Below, piece after piece: positions 50,381 to 63,131 of a stretch of 64,000 nt of DNA. The stretch is from Octopus bimaculoides. Taxonomy: Eukaryota. The DNA lies in assembly GCF_001194135.2 (NCBI RefSeq), contig NC_068981.1, positions 86,288,016 to 86,352,015 on the forward strand, written 5' to 3'. How positions within the stretch are numbered: position 1 is the stretch's first letter; the number at the start of each line of letters is the position of its first letter. Below the pieces are notes generated by a model. It did not search any database, was not told where the DNA came from, and worked only from the letters and a program-made list of their open reading frames with translations. The translations under genes were made by a program, and so were the position numbers.

Positions 50381-53043
50381 TCAATATTAACTCAGCACAA
50401 TGCTCATGTGCACACACAAAGCCCCCACCCTCTTCTCTCTCTCTCAGTTCATACATTACATGTGTGACTATTAACTTGACAAGACCCTTGATAAATCTAC
50501 TAATGTTGTTACAAATATTGGTTTCAGATTTTGGCACAAGGTTAGCAACTTTGGGAGAGGGATTAAATTGATTACATTGACTCCAGTACTCAACTCATAC
50601 TTATTTTGTTGATCTTGAATGGATGAAAGGTAAATTTAACCTCAGCAAAATTTGAACACAGAATGTAAGATGAAATGCTGCTAAGCATTTTGCCTGGCTT
50701 GCTAACAATTCTGCCAGCTCGCCACCTCTTGGATCCTTCCTCTGACGAATGTGTTTCATAAAATTACTTTAACCACTTCATTTATCATCAGTGTATATAG
50801 AATATGTTCTTCAGTTCCAGAGTTTTAAATTATTATTCTGGTGGCAATAATGAAGAGCCACCTGGGATTAGTGTATTTTTATAACTGTTTTCCTCTTCTT
50901 GCTTTCCTTGTTATTGTTATTTTGTGTCCATTGTGTGTGTGTGTGTATAGTTAGTATGTAGTTCTTTATATTGTTAACATGTCAGTGTTTAACAGTTTGT
51001 GTGTTAGTGAGTTTGTAAGAATCTGTTCTTTGGTTATAGCCTGTTAAAAATGAAATTAAGCTTCCAGCAACTTTAGGTGCATTCTGTTGTAACATTTATA
51101 TTCTAGACGAAATCTTTTTGCTATGTAATTGATTACAACTATTATCTGACACCTGCCTTTGTAAAGTTGACTACTTTAAATTAGTTGATGATAAAAAAAA
51201 TATTTTTTTTATACACTTATACACTGACATAAGCATGTCTACACACTGACAGCCATCTACTTTGCTATCTCATTAATTGAAGTTACTTCCTCTCAATGAA
51301 TGTTTCTTGTACACCAGTTTTGTAATGTCTACATCAGACAGATCATGTTCAGTTGTATGTAGTTGCTGAAATATGCAAGTGGCTGCTCTGTTCATTGTAT
51401 TCACTCCTTGTATCTGAATACTTACCTTTGTGGTGAATAACCACCTCAAATCAGTACGTTACAAGATAGAACATTGAAATAACCCCAACTTATGATCTGC
51501 AGTAATCCAGATAGGCAAAATGAGGTACATTTGCAACATTCTTGTCTTAGATGATCCCGGAATGTGTGTCACATATTTCTCTTGTTACTATATTGATAAC
51601 AACTGGTTGCTGTAAATGTATGCAATGTCAGAAGCAAAGTAATGATACCTGTCCAGTCTATGAATAACTTTTTTTTTTTTGTTAATTACTGTATTTTTAA
51701 TACATGCAATTCAATTTTTGTTTTCATTTTTGCTAATAATTGTAGAAGTATTTTTTGTTTTTGATTGTTACTTTCTGCTTATTTTCGTAACTTAAGTTAA
51801 AGTAACATCTTCAGAAGTTTGTACTTGCATCAAAAGTAAAGCTGTCCCTATCCAGTGAATTTTAATCACTAAAGAATTGAAGTATTTTAGGAGTTCAAGC
51901 TACATGAACTGATATATGCCCCCAAATGTATTATAACAAGAAACAGAAACAAGCTTCATTTGTGAAAATCTCTATGAGCACATTTTCAAGAATACATGGT
52001 ATTGTTTGTAGTTATAGACCCACTTATCGTTATTGATCACAGTTTGCTTGGTCTCTTGCATATGATATTTTCTTTCTTTCTTTTTCCAGCTTTCATTACT
52101 GAAATGGGAAAATCACTTGATTTTTATGCCCTGATGAACTTGTTAGTGCTGTAATGAAACTGAAATTCTCAAGCAATCGAGACCATGACTGTACTTGCAT
52201 ATTCCTTCGGATATTTTGGTAATTTATTGTTTTATGTATTTTATGTTTTCAACAAAATCCTAAAAAAATACAAAATACTTTCAAATGTAATCCTGTCAAA
52301 TGATAAAGTGAAAGGAAATGATATTTCATTGTTACTTAAACAATCTTCATCTATTGTCTCAATCATGTTAATTCATTTGGTTAACTGCAGAAGTATTCCA
52401 CCATTCTGAAAATTGATTTTATACAGATGTACACAATACTGTTGAAACGAGGGACCTGTAAGCTTAAGAGCAAATTTTTTTAAAAATCTAGATCTCTTGA
52501 AAATAACAAAACTCTTAATTTATATTAATATGCTTTAATCCACTTTTACATTTTGTACTGTTATATTTTTATTACAAATTTTTAATGCATATGTTGTTCC
52601 TCCTTCAGTTATTGTCATCATCTGGTCAGTTCTGATCAAGCAGATTTATAATCAATTAAAAATATTCCAGTCATGATGACTCTCTTTTTTTGTTTTCTCT
52701 GAGACAGTGTATCTAGGACCACGTTATCTAGTCTGCTCATTTTCTTTATGAGAATTTAGAGATATGATTGCTAACAGGTCAAGCAATTGTGTGGCCAACA
52801 CACTTATTTTAATAATGAGCTAGAGAACAATGAGCTATAAAAGTGTGTTCATCTATGGTAAATACATGTAAAATAAATTACAAGCCTCTTTGCTTCTAAT
52901 TTAGCTAATTATTATTGTATTGTTTTTTTAAGACTTTATTTTAGCTACTAATGCTACTCATGAAAAGTGATCTTAAAAACACAGTAGTTGATTGTGAGAC
53001 TTACTATAAGAAGTAGAAGTATATAAATATTTTTAAAGTAATT

Positions 53044-53119
<76 letters not shown>

Positions 53120-55745
53120 CATTTAATGTCTATCTTTTATGCATGCATAGGTAGGACAGTTGACAGGAGCTGGCCAGGTAGAAGACTACCCCAGGCTACT
53201 GTGTCTGTTTTTGGTAGGGGTTTTATGGTTGGATGCCCTTCTTAAAACCAACCACTCTGCAGAGTGGACTCAATGCTTTTTACATAGCACCGGCATAGGC
53301 AAGGTTAGTTTTGGCATGATTTTTGCAACTGGATGCCTTTCCAGATATCAACCACTTTACAGTGTGGACTGAATGCTTTTTACATGGCACCAGCACTGGC
53401 AGGGTCACTAAGTAAATCACAAGACAAGGAGTTTTGAGAGGGGCAGGGGCATTTGAGGAGGGGAACTTGTGTCAGATGATGAAAGGTTAGTGTGACAGAG
53501 ACCAAGAGGCAGAAACGGGTTTCTTGCTATAGAGGAGATATGTAAGGAGAGAGAGAGAGAGGGTGGGGGGTACAAGTAAGAAGACAGAAACAGGCATGCT
53601 GATGTAAAGGAGCATGTAAGCTGTAATTACTTTAACCCTTTTGCTACCATATTTCTGTTGAAATAGTCTGCTTTGTTTTAATTAATTTTGAAAATAACAA
53701 AGAATTTAGCAAAATAGCTTTGTCATTATGAAGCTGGTGTTTGGAACAGAAGTTAACATGAAATTTTGAAGGAACGTTTTAACTAATATCAAGGGCAATT
53801 TCAGGTGGAATAGTATCAAAACGGTTGAGATAGATAACTGAATTTTAGACTTGCGTCTAAATTCATTAAGGCATGATTCACAAGTCTCTTTATATAAATT
53901 ATGAAATTTAGAGAAGTGTTTTTTTTTAATGCCTGCTTTGTAAATCTGATTGAGTCCAACAAGGATTATTATGTAACAATGATGAGTTATTTGTTCAGTG
54001 TGTTTATTGAATTAATGAAACAGAGTTAGCAGACTGTATATTTGATTGATGTTAAAGAAACTTATGATTATTAGGAGTTGTGTTTAATCATTACACCGGA
54101 GATCTAAACCAGTGATCTAAGATTTATAACTCACTAGATATTCTCAATAGAATCACAAATTGGGGAGTATCTCTCAGCCTGATGTTTACAAATTTGATGT
54201 TAGTAATTATGTTGTGTATAATATAATTTAGGTTTTTTTATAATTAGCTTGCCAAACATAAAACAAAATAAACTTATGTTGATGAACTAATTAAAATGAT
54301 GTTCGATGGAACAAATGCACTATTGTTTGCAAGTAAAATGCTATTTCCAATTTAATTAATATGAATAACAAGCTTTTTAATTGGTTCAAACCATTGTGTG
54401 GTTCGCAACATGATAGACTAACAACTGGTCTACAACATTTTGTTTCATTTAGTGTTTACATTGTATTTTAATGTTTTCAGTGTTTATGGGTGTATATTTG
54501 AGGTTGATGTATCTGTAAGTAGTAGAGAGGAGGTCTGCTCTGTACAGATTATATAGCCTGATGAAAATGGAGGTGGGGGAGACTTATGAAGGTGATATTT
54601 AAATCTTCAACTGGTACCATCATTATGTTACTGATTTTTTTAGGGAAAAAATTATACTGTGTCTGCTGAAAGTAAGGCTATTGTAATATAATGTTGTTAC
54701 TTGATTATAAGTTGATGAGACTTGACAATATCTTCCTGTTCTTTAATTTATCTAATGATATATATACCAGAATTTGACAGTTTGCTCTCAAGAACTTTCC
54801 ATATAGAGATGAAAGGTGCAATTTAAACAATATTTCAAGGCCTGGAGTAATTCGCTGTAGTTAAGATTTTAAAATGAAATTATGTTTATGGCGAAAGATT
54901 TTTTTAGTCTTTCTAGTAAAAAACATCATTATTTTAGTATGTTTTACTTGCTGACATGGCTTGGACAGTTTGACAGGACTGAAAGGGCTGGAAGACCACA
55001 TACCAATGTCTCATGTTTGGCATAGATTCTACAGCTGGTTGCTCTTCTTAGCAGCAACCACTTTTCAGAGTACCAGTTACAGTTTTTCATGGCACACATA
55101 CTGAAGTTTCTTTGCCATCAGTAAGACTAAAGAGCTCTTTGAAATCCTGTGTTGTTGCTGCTCAAATTGATTACCAACCACTTACAGAGTGTACAGCATA
55201 CTTTTTGTGGCACCAGCACTGTTGGAGTCACTTTGTAACTTGCAAGATAAAAGTGAACCCTTATGATGGATGGCACAGATTTATTGTTGTGAGAGATAGT
55301 AGTGGAGGGGACAGTAATGAAGGGGGGGGGGTGAAAGAACCGTCAAGGAGGAGTGTGGTGAAGATGAGATAAAGTGGTTATTTTGATGGAGGTGAGTCAG
55401 TCCTCTTGCTATGTCTACATGTTGGCCAGTTTGTTTGGATCCCAAACAGTTCTTGTTGGAGTTTCACAGGTTTATTGTTGAGAGGTGGTGTTAAAGGAGA
55501 GACTAGTTAAGGCAGTATTAGAGAAGGGGTAATAGGTAGGTAAGTGAAGGGTAATGTCAAGGGATATTCTATATATTAAGTAGAGGCCTCTAAATTAACT
55601 TAAGCTCCTCAAATCATTCAGTAGCAGAAATAGGACATCTGGCAATTGCTGCTCCAACATGTGCTGTCTTAATGTAGACAAACTTGCCTTGAACAATACA
55701 AGGATGAATCTGTAGGGATAGCCCTAGTCAATCTAGTGTCATTCT

Positions 55746-55983
55746 TATTTCTTTATTGCCCACAAGGGGCTAAACATAGAGGGGACAAACAAGGACAGAC
55801 AAAGGGATTAAGTCGGTTACATCAACCCCAGTGCGTAACTGGTACTTAATTTATCGACCCCGAAAGGATGAAAGGCAAAGTTGACCTCGGCAGAATTTGA
55901 ACTCTGAACGTAACGGCAGACGAAATACCGCTAAGTATTTCGTCCAGCGTGCTAACGTTTCTGCCAGCTCGCCGCCTTTCTAG
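55746..55983 (-). mobile_element. Young family-B SINE with 16-bp TSD
   Basis: TSD aatctagtgtcattct at 55730-55745 and 55984-55999. Confidence 0.9.
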
Positions 55984-56449
55984 AATCTAGTGTCATTCTA
56001 CAGGACTACTTGCAGTGAGGAAACTAGGTGCAGTTAAATGTTGTACTCAGGATCTTTATAGTAAGATATGAATGGTGAAATGACCAAGACAATCTTAGCC
56101 ATGATCTACTATCACAGCCTTTGTAAATATATGACCTATTTTGCTTTGTTCCTCTAGACTTTGGACTTCACCATACCCATGATATAGTAGTCTAGAGAGG
56201 TTGTTGAAACTTGTATAAGGTGCACAAGTCTCTAGAGAGAAGGGGTTACTATAATGTCCTTTTACATGTTGACCCCAGAAGGTATCCTACATTATATCTA
56301 TAAAATTTGCTTTCAATAAAACACATTTTATTAGATGAAAACTAATATTTAATATTAAATTTCAGAAACCTCAGATCAGGAATATTAATACTTACCAAGT
56401 GAATTAATTTATGTTTGTAGAATATTGAAAGAAACCAAAAAAAGTCAAA

Positions 56450-56596
56450 ATGAGTATGCTTACTGTGGAGGAGTGTGAGCTCCTTGGAGACTCTAAGTAT
56501 CGCTCGTACATATCGCAAGTAGAAAAGGCTCTGAAATACTTTGAAACAACCAGTGAATGGGCTGATTTAATATCAGCCCTGGGAAAACTCAATAAG
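56450..56596 (+). CDS. DOP1: First coding exon of Dopey/DOP1-family protein (Dopey N-terminal domain; Golgi/endosome trafficking)
   Basis: Translates to [49 protein letters not shown] (49 codons). This closely matches the DOP1A/DOP1B N-terminus as I recall it (ELELLSDSKYRNY...[24 protein letters not shown]). Ends at AAG|GTAAGA, phase 0. Candidate upstream acceptors: tttgtAG (56420) and tttcAG (56365). The next exon (VL...KRLAQCLHPALP) was not seen in the rest of the window. Confidence 0.95.
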
Positions 56597-56640
56597 GTAA
56601 GAGAGTTGTATTTTTTTTCTTTTATAAATGCACAATTGTA

Positions 56641-56800
56641 GGTGCAGGCATGGCTGTGTGGTAAGAAGCTTGCTTCCCAACCACATGATTCCAGGCTCAG
56701 TTCCACTGCATAGCACCTTGGACAAGTGTCTTCTACTATAACCTTGGGCCAACTAAAGCCTTGTGGTAGATGGAAACTGAAAGAAGCCCACCATATGTAT
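56641..56800 (+). mobile_element. Family-A SINE, 5' half, 44 nt into the intron after the DOP1 coding exon
   Basis: ggtgcaggcatggctgtgtggtaagaagcttgcttcccaacc head. Confidence 0.85.
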
Positions 56801-56848
56801 ACTTATATATATAAAAAGAAGCCCGCAATATATATATATTTATATATA

Positions 56849-57071
56849 TAAAGGAACTGAAAAGTTCCTGGCTCTGGGTAAAAGAAAATACAGGAGGATC
56901 AGTTAATTATGATTTTATTCAACATATTCCCCTCTCAGATTCACAAACTTATTGCAGCAATCCTTCAGTTTTTCCAAGCCTTGTAAAAAAAAAAAAACTC
57001 AGAATGTTGGGCCTCCAACCAGGCCTTTCGCAATACCCTTAAAGCCAGGAACTTTTCAGCAGTCTCTTGTG

Positions 57072-57072
<1 letters not shown>
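56849..57072. mobile_element. Mariner-derived MITE
   Basis: aggaactgaaaagttcctggct / agccaggaacttttcagcagtct inverted termini in TA context. Confidence 0.7.
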
Positions 57073-57104
<32 letters not shown>

Positions 57105-57980
57105 NNNNNNNNNNNNNNNNNNNNNNNNNNNNNNNNNNNNNNNNNNNNNNNNNNNNNNNNNNNNNNNNNNNNNNNNNNNNNNNNNNNNNNNNNNNNNNNN
57201 NNNNNNNNNNNNNNNNNNNNNNNNNNNNNNNNNNNNNNNNNNNNNNNNNNNNNNNNNNNNNNNNNNNNNNNNNNNNNNNNNNNNNNNNNNNNNNNNNNNN
57301 NNNNNNNNNNNNNNNNNNNNNNNNNNNNNNNNNNNNNNNNNNNNNNNNNNNNNNNNNNNNNNNNNNNNNNNNNNNNNNNNNNNNNNNNNNNNNNNNNNNN
57401 NNNNNNNNNNNNNNNNNNNNNNNNNNNNNNNNNNNNNNNNNNNNNNNNNNNNNNNNNNNNNNNNNNNNNNNNNNNNNNNNNNNNNNNNNNNNNNNNNNNN
57501 NNNNNNNNNNNNNNNNNNNNNNNNNNNNNNNNNNNNNNNNNNNNNNNNNNNNNNNNNNNNNNNNNNNNNNNNNNNNNNNNNNNNNNNNNNNNNNNNNNNN
57601 NNNNNNNNNNNNNNNNNNNNNNNNNNNNNNNNNNNNNNNNNNNNNNNNNNNNNNNNNNNNNNNNNNNNNNNNNNNNNNNNNNNNNNNNNNNNNNNNNNNN
57701 NNNNNNNNNNNNNNNNNNNNNNNNNNNNNNNNNNNNNNNNNNNNNNNNNNNNNNNNNNNNNNNNNNNNNNNNNNNNNNNNNNNNNNNNNNNNNNNNNNNN
57801 NNNNNNNNNNNNNNNNNNNNNNNNNNNNNNNNNNNNNNNNNNNNNNNNNNNNNNNNNNNNNNNNNNNNNNNNNNNNNNNNNNNNNNNNNNNNNNNNNNNN
57901 NNNNNNNNNNNNNNNNNNNNNNNNNNNNNNNNNNNNNNNNNNNNNNNNNNNNNNNNNNNNNNNNNNNNNNNNNNNNNNNN

Positions 57981-58009
<29 letters not shown>

Positions 58010-58011
<2 letters not shown>

Positions 58012-58240
58012 GTGTGTGTGTGTGTGTATATGTTTGTGTGTCTGTGTTTGTCCCCCCCAACTTCGCTTGACAACCGATGCTGGTGTGTTTACGTCCCCGT
58101 AACTTAGCGGTTCGGCATTAAGAGACCGATAGAATAAGTACTAGGCTTACAAAGAATAAGTCCTGGGGTCGATTTGCTCGACTAAAGGCGGTGCCCCAGC
58201 ATGGCCGCAGTCAAATGACTGAAACAAGTAAAAGAGTAAA
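58010..58240 (+). mobile_element. Young family-A SINE, 3' half after gap
   Basis: Near-identical to 33070-33279. Confidence 0.85.
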
Positions 58241-58933
58241 TACTAATCATCACCATCATCAACCACCTGTCATCACCATTATTTATATCTGCTTTCCTTA
58301 GTGAAACAAGTTGAATGCGTTGTGATCCGAGTTGTTTCTTATTGCGCCCATTAGCTGGTGCTTGTATGTGTTATTCAATTAATCTTCTACAGCTGAATGC
58401 TTTTCTTACCACTAAATCAATTCATAGTGTGTACTAGGTACAGTTTCTTGTCGTGCCTACACTTTCTCTGCTAATTTGCCAATTATTTATACAGTGTCTA
58501 CTGGGTGCATTTTTTCATAATACAAGCACTAACGGGGTTACTTTGCTGACTAATCATGTTATATACAACCATTTTTAATATTTCACTTAGGTATTGCGAG
58601 ACTAATAACCCTGGTGTAGAACTCAATATACGTATGCTACAGAATGAAGCATTAGTCACTTACAGAGTGGTAATAAGAAAATGAGATGATTGCACTTCAT
58701 ATTCAAGGCTCTGATAAAGCTATAAGTTGTTACTCAAGCACTCAATAATGAGTCCACAGCATATTATAGTAGAAATAGTTGTAAGCTAATGAAGTTCATA
58801 TGATAATTGTTTATTCCTTTGTCATCTTGTTTTCTGAAGCAGTTTTAATATATCAAATGAAATTAAAGTTGATAAAAATGTAGATAAAACTAGTTAAGAT
58901 GAATTTCAGGAAATATTAATAATGATGTTTTAA

Positions 58934-59150
58934 CCCTTTAGCATTTAAACTGGCCATATCCAACCCCCAAAACTCTGTTTTATGTTTAAATTGGCCAGAT
59001 CTGGTCTCTCGCACCTTCCCGGCAATGTCATTCTAAAAATAAGCAGCTACATCATCAACATCATGGAGCTATGAAATAATGCAGGATCAATTCAAAACAA
59101 TATGAATAAATGAGCATCGCATTTGACAGAGTAATCTGAACACTAAAGGG
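58934..59150 (+). mobile_element. Family-1 TTAA MITE
   Basis: ttaa|ccctttagcatt ... cactaaaggg|ttaa. Confidence 0.8.
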
Positions 59151-59700
59151 TTAAACACGAAGCCATTTGTGTTTAGCCCCAGGTATGTCCTAATCAAGCA
59201 AGCTTATGATAAAAGGCATTCCAGCATGATATGAAGTTATTTTTATACAGTATATCAAGGGCTACATTATATAGTGTGCTTCCCTTTTTTTTATGATGAT
59301 AGAATGTGATTTTGAGGAAACCAGGTGGGTATTTCTTGCAGGCCTGTGACCATGTAGAAACTCTTGTGTAATAGCTTTCACCAACCCAAGTATATTACTG
59401 ATACTCATTTTACTAAACATGACCAGTAAGTATCAGTGTCAATCATGGTTATCGTCATTGTTTTAATGTCCACTTTTCCATGCTTGTATGGGTTGTTTGG
59501 AGTTTATTGAAGCAGATTTTTTACAGCTGTATGCCCTTCGTGTCACTGACCCTCATCTTTTTCCAAGCAAGGTAATATTTGACTAGATGTTAATGCAGAT
59601 GATTGGAAATGAATGATGTTGCTTGTAAGCAAACTTCTTCCCAAACAGCTACACCTTCACTGTACAAGTTGTCCCAATATCCTCCTCCTTGCACCCATTA

Positions 59701-59737
<37 letters not shown>

Positions 59738-59980
59738 GTGTATGTATATGTAAAGGAGACCACTAGGTGGACTGTTAATGTGCTAGAAGAAGATCACATG
59801 CAATGTGTCTACTAAGACCGAATTGTTCTCATATACATATACAATAATCCTTTGAGATCTCAGATATTTTCTCTGAATCTCCTTGATTCTTTTAATTTGC
59901 TTATTTCCTGGTATTAAATTGATATTAATTAATATCCAATTTTTTTTATCCTACTGTTTTAATTTATATATATATATATA

Positions 59981-60510
59981 TATATATAATTCAACCAATA
60001 CATTGACTGACTTGCGCTAGTAGATCACCCGATGGAGAAAAATATCAGAGTAAGTGTACTAAGCAGTGTTTACGTATAATCACAATTTAGGTTAGTTGAA
60101 ATATGTTTGTCACATATTTCACCTGCTAAAGGCAACATATTTCAATAACTTAAATTGTGATTATACATAAACACTGCTTAGCACACTTACTCCAATAAAT
60201 ATTATTCTCGATAGGGCAATCTACTAGCGCAAATCCGTCAATGTGTTGGCTGAATTATATATAAAGCTATAAGCTTTGTCAGTTTGTTCAGGGTTGCCCC
60301 TTTCAGGGTACATCTTATTGACAAGAGTCAACAAACTTGAAACATCGATGTCTCAGATTCCTGAGAGAGGGCAACACTAAACGAACGGGGTGTTTTCACA
60401 CCTTTTTACCATAAGAGAGAATTTTTTCTCCACGGTAACTGCAGGGTATTTGCCTTTAGCAGTTGAAATATGTGACAAACATATTTCAACTAACCTAAAT
60501 TGTGAATATA
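59981..60510. mobile_element. Penelope-like terminal-repeat remnant: inverted pair plus partial third copy
   Basis: 59981-60106 pairs with 60136-60263; 60075-60135 is the reverse complement of 60450-60510 (61 nt, 2 mismatches); TA flanks; hammerhead-like motif inside. Confidence 0.6.
60282..60386 (+). ncRNA. Degenerate minimal type-I hammerhead ribozyme motif on a long stem I
   Basis: atctta-TTGACAA-gagt caacaa actt-GAAA-CATCGATG-TC-tcagat. Core differs from CUGANGA at two positions; palindromic stem III; GUC site; stem I extends ~35 bp. Confidence 0.55.
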
Positions 60511-62903
60511 TATATGTGCAAGTTCATTGCATAATTTCTTGTTCCCTTGTCATTTATTTATTTTTATATGCAAATGTGTGTGTGTGTGTTTGTCCCCCAA
60601 CCACTGTTTGACAACCAGTGTTGGTTGTTTATGTGCCTTGTAACCTAGCAGTTTAGCAAAAGAGAGCAATAGAATAAATGCCATATTTGAAAAATATGTA
60701 CTGGGGTCGATTTGTTCAACTAAACCCTGCAAGATGGTGCCCCAGCATGGTTGCAGTTTAATGACGATTGAAATGAATGATAACAGAGAATACATTGCTT
60801 TATGTGGTTATGTCAGAAAGTTAACTGAAATTTTAGTCTCTCTTTTTCTTTTTCTATATCTCTCTTGAACCCTCTCTATCTCTCCCCCTCTGTCTGCCTC
60901 CCTTCCTTTCTCTTCATTTCCCTCTTTCTTTCCTTTATTCACCATCATTCTCTCAATTTGTCTATCCCTTTCTCTCTGTTCCTCGCTTGTTTATTAACAC
61001 CCAGCCTTATTAGTGTTTTTGTCACCTTGTGTCATTCAACTTCAAATACGACTATATAATACATGAAGTACAGCTGAATTAAAACAAATGACTTTTTTTA
61101 ATTTGATTAATTTGATTCATTAAGAAAATACAGTGGTAAATTTTGTACATAGACTTGATCAATAGGAAATAATTTTGTTTCGTTTTGTATGTTAACTAGA
61201 ATAGCATAACCCAAAACAACTGTTACACTTACTAGGTTAATATCATTCGTGTTGACTTTTCTAAGAGAAAAAATTGTTATGGCAGAGCTTAAGAGTTATC
61301 AGAGCATCAGTTAAAAATTATAACTAACTTTGAGAAGTTCATTTTCTTTTTTGTTAAGTTGAATTTTTCCTATCATATCATCAAAGGTTTGTTCTTTTGA
61401 TTTGCTTGGGCCCCATTGATAACATTTATATGTCAATTGTTCACAGGCATGGCAGTGTGGTTGTTTGCTTTGCAACTACATAGATTTTGGTTCCATCCTA
61501 CTGCATGTACCTTGGGCACCCCAGCAAGATTAATGCTTTATGAGTGATATACGGTAATCAAAGACTGTTGGAACTCATTGAGGGGACCATCTATATTTTT
61601 GATTGGATGGGTAGATTTAATCTGTCACCTAGTATAACACCACCAACTAGCTCTTGGGTGCCTTTAAGAGAGTTCATTCTGTTGCAAATGTTCCATTTAA
61701 GTTTCTGATCCGAAGATACTCCTTTCCTTCTTGTAATCTCAATGACTTTGAAAAGGGCTGTGGTTACTATCTTTCTTTGTTTAAAATGTTAAGTACACTT
61801 CCTATTCCCATCCCGTGCAAAAGAAAACATTGTTTAGTTACAATCAGTTTTCAAATGATGAATATAGGATTTTTGATTTTCATTCATTTTTTTTTTCTAT
61901 TAGTATATGAAGATAGTGTAACATAGACTCTAATGGACAGACTAGTGGAAAGAAAGTTAGCTTCAGAAAAATAGATACATACCTTAACCTAATTTTGAGA
62001 TCCAGTGAAGCTATTGTATAAAAATATTTATTATCTGAATGCCTTATCAAATTTACAAATCCTATTTCATATTATTTTACATTATGTGAATGTTATTTTA
62101 TAATATCCAAGTCATGTTTTGAAAGCTGTCTCACATGCACACGCACATACAAAATCTTTCCATACTGGAACATAAGACAAGCAGGGTAATACACTGGTAA
62201 GTACTGTGTATTGGTTTGGTCAATAGAAATTTGAAAACTGCCTTCTGTTCACCTAAATACAGCTACCATTTATCATATACACATATACAAATCAGATTAT
62301 ATTTCAGAATGAGTTAGTTGTTTTTTAAACATATATTCTATAAAAAAAACCTAACCATTTAATTTGATATGTGACAATGCAACTTTTAGAGGTCACTGCA
62401 GCATCAAATTAATCTCTTGTAGTTGTAACCTAAACTAATATTTAGGTGTCTATCCTTAACCTACAATACTTGCTTTATCTTATGTAGCCATTTGTGACAT
62501 TTTGTTCATAAACCAAATGTCCTCCTTTGTTCTCAGAAAAAGGTTAAATTTTTCCAAGATCTTTTAACATTACTGCCCTTCTAATGCTAAATTTACCTGT
62601 TAGCCAATTACACATCTGACACATTTTCATGACCTCAGTCATTTCATTTTGTGCAGTGTCCCCCTCCCCTCTTTTTTCTTATCCAAAGGGTTTTTTTTAT
62701 TGACATCTAATTTCTCCCCTCTATCATCTTTCTCCCTTGCTCTTTTGCATTTGTGTGTAGGTATTGCTGGCATGAGTGTATGGTTAAGAAGTATGCATCC
62801 TAACTTTATGGTTTCGGGTTCAGTCCCACTATGTGGCACCTTGGTTATAACCCTAGGCTGGCCAAAGCCTTGTGAGTGGACTTGGTAGATGGAACTGAAA
62901 GAA

Positions 62904-63014
<111 letters not shown>

Positions 63015-63131
63015 GATGTGGTGAATAAATTGTCTAAATTATGCAAAAATGAAAATAACACTGACATCTCATTTTAACAGATATATTGACCAAAATTACA
63101 TAAAAATATCTTGAACTACTAAAGAGTAAAT

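Noticed and set aside
50735-50770. CTGACGA-atg..cat-AAAA hammerhead-like string; also CTGATGA at about 2956, 21358 and 52130
   Set aside because: Missing GAAA or lacking stems I/III; no complete fold.
51426-51500. Strong minus-strand donor AAG|GTAAGT with upstream acceptors
   Set aside because: Stops in all three frames and no supporting context.
58590-58670. ttAG|GTATTG... as a possible next DOP1 exon beginning VL
   Set aside because: The required phase-0 frame stops after four codons (VLRD*) and lacks KRLAQCLHPALP.
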